Source: Candidatus Saccharimonadales bacterium | Lineage (GTDB): Bacteria > Patescibacteriota > Saccharimonadia > Saccharimonadales > UBA10212 | Direction of reading: 5' to 3' | NCBI GenBank assembly: GCA_040879175.1 | Contig: JBBDKW010000001.1 | Location: 1 to 51,440, forward strand | Length of the DNA: 51,440 nt | In this document: piece after piece, positions 45,938 through 51,440 of the stretch | Layout of the letters: each line of letters opens with the position of its first letter | Numbering within the stretch: position 1 is the first letter of the stretch | The notes under the pieces: generated by a model | The model's input: the letters and a program-made list of their open reading frames with translations, nothing else | Told to the model about the DNA's origin: nothing | The model's database searches: none | Made by a program: the position numbers and the translations under genes

Positions 45938-45938
45938 A

Positions 45939-46748
45939 TTAGCCTCTTAGACTCCTGATTCGCATGGCGCTTTTCATATTCAGCCCGTCGTATGCATCGC
46001 TAGTTTCGTCGCGGATAGTCTCGCCGGTTAACTTCAGATAAGCCTGCTCCAGGTTTTTAGTCTTGGTCAGCTTAGCCAGCCCTTTCGCCGTACCGGTAGC
46101 GACAATTTTGCCGTGGTCAATTATGGCTATACGTTCAGCGACTTCTTCGGCTTCATCGAGGTAATGGGTGGTGAAAAAAATCGTCATTCCCTCATGCTTG
46201 GACAGCTTTTTAACATAGTCCCATAAGACATTTCTGGTTTGGGTATCAAGCCCCAAAGTCGGCTCGTCTAAAAACAGCACTTTGGGATGATGAAGCAGGC
46301 CGCGGGCGATTTCCAGCCGGCGACGCATGCCGCCTGAGAAGGTTTTGATGTAACTGTCGCGCCGTTCGTACAAGCCGACCAGTTTGAGAAGTTCTGTAAT
46401 TCGTTTATCCTGCTCGGATCTGGGCACGTGGTACAGAGCTGCGTGCAGCTCCATATTCTCTTTAGCGGTCAGCTCCTCATCTAGGCTCGGGTCTTGAAAA
46501 ACAATGCCAAGAGATTGACGCACTTTTGCTTGCTCTTTGGTTACATCGTATCCGGCCAGTAATAACTTGCCGCTTGTTGGTCGCAGCATGGTGGTCAGCA
46601 TTTTAATGGTCGTACTTTTGCCGGCACCGTTCGGGCCCAAAAAAGCAAAAATTTCTCCGGGATAGATCTCGAAGTTGATGTGATCGACAGCTTTAATCTT
46701 ACCGAAGCTCTTATAGACGTCTTCGGCCTGTATGATGGGCCTCGCCAT
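45939..46748 (-). CDS. ABC exporter ATP-binding protein (DrrA-like)
   Basis: GPNGAGKST, FSGGMRRRLE, LDEPT, TTH. Confidence 0.93.
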   Translation of the reverse strand: MARPIIQAEDVYKSFGKIKAVDHINFEIYPGEIFAFLGPNGAGKSTTIKMLTTMLRPTSGKLLLAGYDVTKEQAKVRQSLGIVFQDPSLDEELTAKENMELHAALYHVPRSEQDKRITELLKLVGLYERRDSYIKTFSGGMRRRLEIARGLLHHPKVLFLDEPTLGLDTQTRNVLWDYVKKLSKHEGMTIFFTTHYLDEAEEVAERIAIIDHGKIVATGTAKGLAKLTKTKNLEQAYLKLTGETIRDETSDAYDGLNMKSAMRIRSLRG

Positions 46749-46757
46749 GGGGTTACA

Positions 46758-48083
46758 TTATACCAGTTTAAGAACTTCTTCTATGGTCCTGCCCGGTTGA
46801 TAAAATTGTAAGTCGCGGTTATCCATGCTCCACTTTTGTTGAATTGGCTCCAGGATTCTCCAGCTCTCTAGTACTTCGCCGCTGCTGGCAAACAGGCTCT
46901 GGCTGCCGCGTATGGCGTCGAGTAATACCCTCTCGTAAGCATCCGGTAGGCGCTCGTAGTGTTGCTCGTAGTTAAAAGCTAAATGTTTCTGTTGCAAGCG
47001 CCGCTCGTAACCCGGCTCTTTAACCCATAGATCAAGCTCAATGCCTTCTTTGGGTTGGATGCGCAGCGCCAAACGGTTGGCTTCCGAATTTTCTTTCTTT
47101 TTAAAGTAAACTCTTATCTCGGTAAGTTTGTCGTTGAGGTTTTTGCCGGAAGCCAGAAGAATGGGTACTCCCTGCCAACGCGGGTCTTCCGATTCTAGCG
47201 TCAGACCGACGAATGTTTCGGTGGCGGAATCCGGATTTTTAACTTCCCGTCGGTAGTCTTCGTACTGCGCCCTGATTACAGGTTCTTCCATATCGACTTT
47301 CAAGGCATTAAGGGCAATTAGCCGCCGGCCGGGCAGTTCTGCGTAATCGAACACGCCCGTGCAGGGCTCCATGAGCGTCAGGGCCGCCAGCTGCAGCAAA
47401 TGGCTCTGGATTATGTCGCGCAGCGCGCCGGTTGATTCATAGAACAACGCGCGACCTTCGATATCGATCTTTTCGGCCACTATGATATCGATTTTCTCAA
47501 TGAATCGGCTGCTCCAGACATCGCGGAACAAAGCGTTACTACCCAAAAAAGTTACGATATTCTGTACCATTTCTTTGGCCAGATAATGGTCTATCCGATA
47601 TATCTGGTTTTCAGGGAAATACTTGGCTGTCTGAGCGATAAGCTCACGGGCCGATTCCAAATCAAAACCGAAAGGCTTTTCCAAAAGAAGTTTGTGCCTG
47701 GCGTGGTTCAAACCAGCCTGGCCAAGATGGCGGACAATCGGCAGAACGGCGGCCGGTGGCACCGATAAATAAAAAATTACTTGCGGCCGACCGTCCATTT
47801 GGCGGCTAATGATCGATAATTTTTTCTTTAAGACGCTGTAACCGCCTGCATCGTCCAGACTCATCTGAAAGAGCTCTGTGAACTTACCGAGCGTTTTTTT
47901 GTTGCCACCCAAAACATCGGCCACAGACACATCACGCCTAGATACGCCCAAAACTTTGAAGTCTTTAGGAAGATTTGCGCTCTTACAAACTTCCGCCAGA
48001 GCCGGTAATAGATAGCGCTGCGACAAATCGCCGGTTATACCAAACACCACAAGAATAGTTGGTGGCAATTCTTCCCTATCCAT
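46758..48083 (-). CDS. zwf: Glucose-6-phosphate dehydrogenase
   Basis: GITGDL, EKPFG, RIDHYLAKE, RDIIQSHL, RWQGVP. Confidence 0.93.
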   Translation of the reverse strand: MDREELPPTILVVFGITGDLSQRYLLPALAEVCKSANLPKDFKVLGVSRRDVSVADVLGGNKKTLGKFTELFQMSLDDAGGYSVLKKKLSIISRQMDGRPQVIFYLSVPPAAVLPIVRHLGQAGLNHARHKLLLEKPFGFDLESARELIAQTAKYFPENQIYRIDHYLAKEMVQNIVTFLGSNALFRDVWSSRFIEKIDIIVAEKIDIEGRALFYESTGALRDIIQSHLLQLAALTLMEPCTGVFDYAELPGRRLIALNALKVDMEEPVIRAQYEDYRREVKNPDSATETFVGLTLESEDPRWQGVPILLASGKNLNDKLTEIRVYFKKKENSEANRLALRIQPKEGIELDLWVKEPGYERRLQQKHLAFNYEQHYERLPDAYERVLLDAIRGSQSLFASSGEVLESWRILEPIQQKWSMDNRDLQFYQPGRTIEEVLKLV

Positions 48084-48119
48084 ACCAGTAGTATAGAGAC
48101 TATTTCTTAAAAAATTAAT

Positions 48120-50501
48120 TTAGTGTGAGCGCTGGCTCTCAATGGGATCCAAGTCATTAACATCGAGACTGATAGTGCTTCCAGGTTGGGCCTCGCCACG
48201 CAGGATTTTACTTGCCACAGCGTCTTCTACGGCATCGGCTATCGCACGGCGCATCGGCCGGGCGCCGAACTCCGGGTCATAACCGGCTTGTGTTAATTTG
48301 ATCAGAGCCGCATCTGTCAGTCGGACCGATACATTTTGTTTGGCCAAAGTTTGATTGACGTTGGCCAGCATGAGCTTGGCAACTTGTGATAATTCGGCTT
48401 GATTAAGTGGTCTGAACAAAACGATGCTATCGAAGCGATTTATTAGTTCGGCGCGGAATACCCCGATGGCTATCAATTTATCAATCAGCGGCCGCTCAAA
48501 TGATTCAAGTGTGTCACCGCCAGCTACCTTTTGGGCAATTTCGGCCGAGCCAGCGTTCGACGTAGAGATGATAATAGCATTGCGGAACGATGCCGGCCGG
48601 CCGGTTCTATCGGTCAGCTGCCCCTCATCCAATAGTTGGAGCAGCAGGTTAAGCACGCCGTGGCTGGCTTTTTCGACTTCATCCAGAAGCACGACCGAAA
48701 ATGGTTGCTCACGAATCTGTAAAATTAAGCTTTTGTTGGTTGGACCGCCGGTCTCCAATAGTCGCTCGGCATCTTCAGCCTGGTGGTACTCGGTCATATC
48801 CAGACGAATCATTCGACGTTCATCACCGAAATAGACGGCCGCCAGCGAGCGTGCCAACTCGGTTTTACCGACACCGGTCGGACCCATAAACAGAAAGCTA
48901 CCAACTGGTCGTTTAGGGTCAGCCACGCCGGCCCGGCCGCGGCGCAGCGCGGCTGATACTACCTGAACCGCTCTTTCTTGATTAATCATCCGGCTGTGAA
49001 TGCGTTCTTCCAGATGAAGCAGGACGTCGGCTTCGGGCGCTTGAGCCTTGGAAACTTTTACGCCGCGGGTAATTTCAACCGCCGTCTGCACGGATTCGGC
49101 CATTATAATTTTATTCTGTGCATAGGGGATGGCTTGCTGAAGCAGATTGATAGCCTTCCCCGGATAAGCCTGGTCCTGTATATACTGGTCGCTCAAACGG
49201 TAGGCCTCACGCACCGCCTGATATGTAACAGTAATATGGTTTTGGACCTCAATCGTTAAAGCCGTGTCTTCAAGGATTTGCATTGTGATGGCCTGGTCAG
49301 GCTCTTTGATGATCACCGGCGCCATATGAGCTGCCAGCGATTCGTGAGACGATTTAAGCTTTTGCCAATATTCGGGAGTAAAGGCGGCCACCACTCTGAC
49401 TGACTGGTTTTGCAAAAGAGGCAGCAGGATCTGGCTGATGTCAAAGGCGCCGGCGCCCTTGCCAAAGAACAGCTCAGCCTCGTCCAAGAAAATGATGATA
49501 TTACGAGCATGGACAGCCTCGTTGAACAAGCTGAGCATAATTTTTTCAAGTTTGTCGCCGGTCGCCGACAAAACAGCCGAAGCATCAAGGCTGACTATCT
49601 GGTAGTACTGTAGTTCTTTGTCCCGGCCAGATAGCAATCGCTCGGCCAGCGCGTACACTAACGAGGTCTTACCGGTACCTGCCGGCCCTACCAGTGCGGC
49701 ATTACCCTGTGGTTGGCTCAAAGAATGAACTATGCTGTCAAGAACATCGCCGTGCGCCAAGCTGTGGAAATGGCCCCGCCCAGCTTCGACGGCGGCACTG
49801 ATATTATGGCCGAATCGGTCGAGCATAGGAGTAAAACCTGATGCCCAGTCGCGGCCGATACCACCATAGTAAGGTCTCGGTTCATCTAGTGAACGGCTAA
49901 GGCGTCCTAGCCACTTTGAAGCTTCCAGAACGTCTTCGGTTTTGAGGTTCGACTTTGCCAACAAGTCTTTTGCAGACTGGGAGTTGGTTAAGAGAGATGT
50001 AGCCAATATCCCGGCGTGCAGCTCGGAGCTGTTTTGTTGATCCATTAACTCCTGGGCGCGGCGCCAGATAGCCCCCATTTCGGCCGCTACATCACTTAAA
50101 GACTGAGAAACCTGTTCCGGCGACAGCAATAAGTGATTAATAATGAACTTGCCCTGCCACTCCGAACTGGCTGTTAGCCAGGCCTTGCGGGGTGTCACCG
50201 ACGCACCTTTGTGGAAACGGGCCAGCAACCTTGGCTCAAGGATGTCATCAAGCGAACGTGCCGGTGTGTTCGGCGGGAGTTTCGATAAATCGCGCCGGTA
50301 CCACAATCCGATTACGGCGGCGAATGATGAAGCAGACAAGCTGCCGAAGGCTAAATTCTTGGAGTCTGAGGCGATCAGAAGTGCAATTCCGGCTACCGCC
50401 AAAGCAGCGGCGGCAACCAGCAGCCAAAGGCCACCGGTACGTCCAATCAAAGAGGCTAATCTTGCTTGGCGCACCCGCAAACTGTTAAGCTCAAGTTCCA
50501 T
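48120..50501 (-). CDS. Membrane-anchored Clp/Hsp100-like double AAA+ ATPase
   Basis: Two N-terminal TM segments; GPAGTGKT/FLDE and [16 protein letters not shown]; GARPMRR. Confidence 0.85.
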   Translation of the reverse strand: MELELNSLRVRQARLASLIGRTGGLWLLVAAAALAVAGIALLIASDSKNLAFGSLSASSFAAVIGLWYRRDLSKLPPNTPARSLDDILEPRLLARFHKGASVTPRKAWLTASSEWQGKFIINHLLLSPEQVSQSLSDVAAEMGAIWRRAQELMDQQNSSELHAGILATSLLTNSQSAKDLLAKSNLKTEDVLEASKWLGRLSRSLDEPRPYYGGIGRDWASGFTPMLDRFGHNISAAVEAGRGHFHSLAHGDVLDSIVHSLSQPQGNAALVGPAGTGKTSLVYALAERLLSGRDKELQYYQIVSLDASAVLSATGDKLEKIMLSLFNEAVHARNIIIFLDEAELFFGKGAGAFDISQILLPLLQNQSVRVVAAFTPEYWQKLKSSHESLAAHMAPVIIKEPDQAITMQILEDTALTIEVQNHITVTYQAVREAYRLSDQYIQDQAYPGKAINLLQQAIPYAQNKIIMAESVQTAVEITRGVKVSKAQAPEADVLLHLEERIHSRMINQERAVQVVSAALRRGRAGVADPKRPVGSFLFMGPTGVGKTELARSLAAVYFGDERRMIRLDMTEYHQAEDAERLLETGGPTNKSLILQIREQPFSVVLLDEVEKASHGVLNLLLQLLDEGQLTDRTGRPASFRNAIIISTSNAGSAEIAQKVAGGDTLESFERPLIDKLIAIGVFRAELINRFDSIVLFRPLNQAELSQVAKLMLANVNQTLAKQNVSVRLTDAALIKLTQAGYDPEFGARPMRRAIADAVEDAVASKILRGEAQPGSTISLDVNDLDPIESQRSH

Positions 50502-50503
50502 AA

Positions 50504-50863
50504 TCAGCCCGTGAAAACCCTGATTAGAAAGTAGATTGCTGCGATTGGCAGCAGCGGCCAGGCTAAGGCGGCGATTAGGCCAAAAACAGCACTTGCACTT
50601 ATAGCCACTACAGCGGTAATTAGAGTTAGAAAACGTACAAAGAAGCCGATGGTCCGTGAAATAAGATTGTCGAGCGCCGCTCTAAACCTCTCGTCAATCG
50701 ACCTACCGGGGATTGAGATGATTTGTTTCCAAGGCGAAAATAAGTTCCTGAGCAGGACCGGAATCGAAAATTCTAGACTGACTTTTTTGACTGATCGGGG
50801 GACGCCGTTCCAAGCTTCAAGCCAACCGTAACCATACCACCACTTGAAGAACTCAAAAAACAT
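50504..50863 (-). CDS. Small membrane protein co-transcribed with the Clp-like ATPase
   Basis: WWY, FSIPVLLRNLFSPWK, NLISRTIGFFVR, C-terminal TM segments; ATG 50863 lies 6 nt after TACAAT. Confidence 0.8.
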   Translation of the reverse strand: MFFEFFKWWYGYGWLEAWNGVPRSVKKVSLEFSIPVLLRNLFSPWKQIISIPGRSIDERFRAALDNLISRTIGFFVRFLTLITAVVAISASAVFGLIAALAWPLLPIAAIYFLIRVFTG

Positions 50864-50975
50864 AAGCTCATTGTACCTCAAATACCTTGATGTATCAGCC
50901 GGTTGAAGGTAAAGAGGTAAAGCTGCTACAATAACTGCGAATGCGTTTGGGGAAAAATTTTAGTTGGGGTGCACT

Positions 50976-51440
50976 ATGCTAAGTATGCCTTTCGCAACCG
51001 AGGCTCTGGCAGCCGAGAAATTATTTGACTTTGGACCTTTGCCTTTTACCAATAGTATGCTCTTCGGCATCCTAATGGCCGTTCTTGTATTAGGATTATT
51101 TGGTATTGTGGCTCGGATCAGCCAACTCTGGCCGAAAAATCGAATAGCTTACTGGTTCGAAAGTTTTACTGAGTTGGTGATGAGTATGATTATCGAGACA
51201 TTTGGCAGCGACCGTAAGCGTGCACTCCGGCATTTTCCTCTGTTAATTACTCTTTTTGTATTTATACTGGCCTGTAACCTCAGCGGCCTACTACCCGGTG
51301 TGGGTACTATTACGTACAACGGAACTCAGTTGTTTCGTGCCTGGACTACCGACTTAAATTCCACTTTGGCAATGGCGACTTTGGCTTTGGCGACCGTCCA
51401 TATTTACGCCGTCAAAGAAATTGGTGGTTTCGGTTATTTC
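50976..51440 (+). CDS. atpB: F0F1 ATP synthase subunit a (5' partial, runs off the window)
   Basis: Hand translation MLSMPFATEALAAEKLFDFGPLPFTNSM...FILACNLSGLLPG...FRAWTTDLNSTLAMA; open to the window end. Confidence 0.9.
   Translation, partial: MLSMPFATEALAAEKLFDFGPLPFTNSMLFGILMAVLVLGLFGIVARISQLWPKNRIAYWFESFTELVMSMIIETFGSDRKRALRHFPLLITLFVFILACNLSGLLPGVGTITYNGTQLFRAWTTDLNSTLAMATLALATVHIYAVKEIGGFGYF

Overview
Bacterial chromosomal window, mostly minus-strand housekeeping operons. Gene content and protein features suggest a CPR/Patescibacteria organism, most likely Saccharibacteria (inference). TGA is used as a stop, so code 11. Gene order: clpC (with a CIRCE/HrcA operator), nusA, aminopeptidase, yraN, rnhB, rplS, pilB/gspE-type ATPase, SpoU methyltransferase, CAP protein, dnaE, YtxH pair, gatB-hypothetical-gatA-gatC, uvrB, LOG family, pfkB-fba-tkt-tkt-rpe-rpiB-gap-ppa, cupredoxin, trxB plus an NrdH-like redoxin (NrdR box), FKBP, pheT-small Cys-rich gene-pheS, GH63-like hydrolase, rmuC, ZIP/Zur pair, MFS, a flavinylation-linked redox module (NDH-2, RnfD-FNR fusion, ApbE, FMN-binding protein), an ABC-2 exporter, zwf, a membrane-anchored Clp-like AAA+ pair and the start of atpB. 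I saw no tRNA, rRNA, CRISPR array or transposase. The most unusual signals are non-coding. (1) A dispersed family of 7-bp-periodic, often inverted arrays with a conserved 7-7-7-7-(7+4)-7-7 grammar: 9 intergenic copies and 2 in-frame copies inside rnhB and gatA, several capped by covarying tandem-GA mini-hairpins that contain the downstream Shine-Dalgarno site. (2) A 160-bp inverted-repeat-bounded, pseudoknot-capable element sitting exactly at the pilB start codon. (3) Two further 155-175-bp palindromic elements and a structured rmuC leader. (4) Widespread leaderless-type promoters. All calls come from reading the sequence by eye; no searches or folding programs were run.
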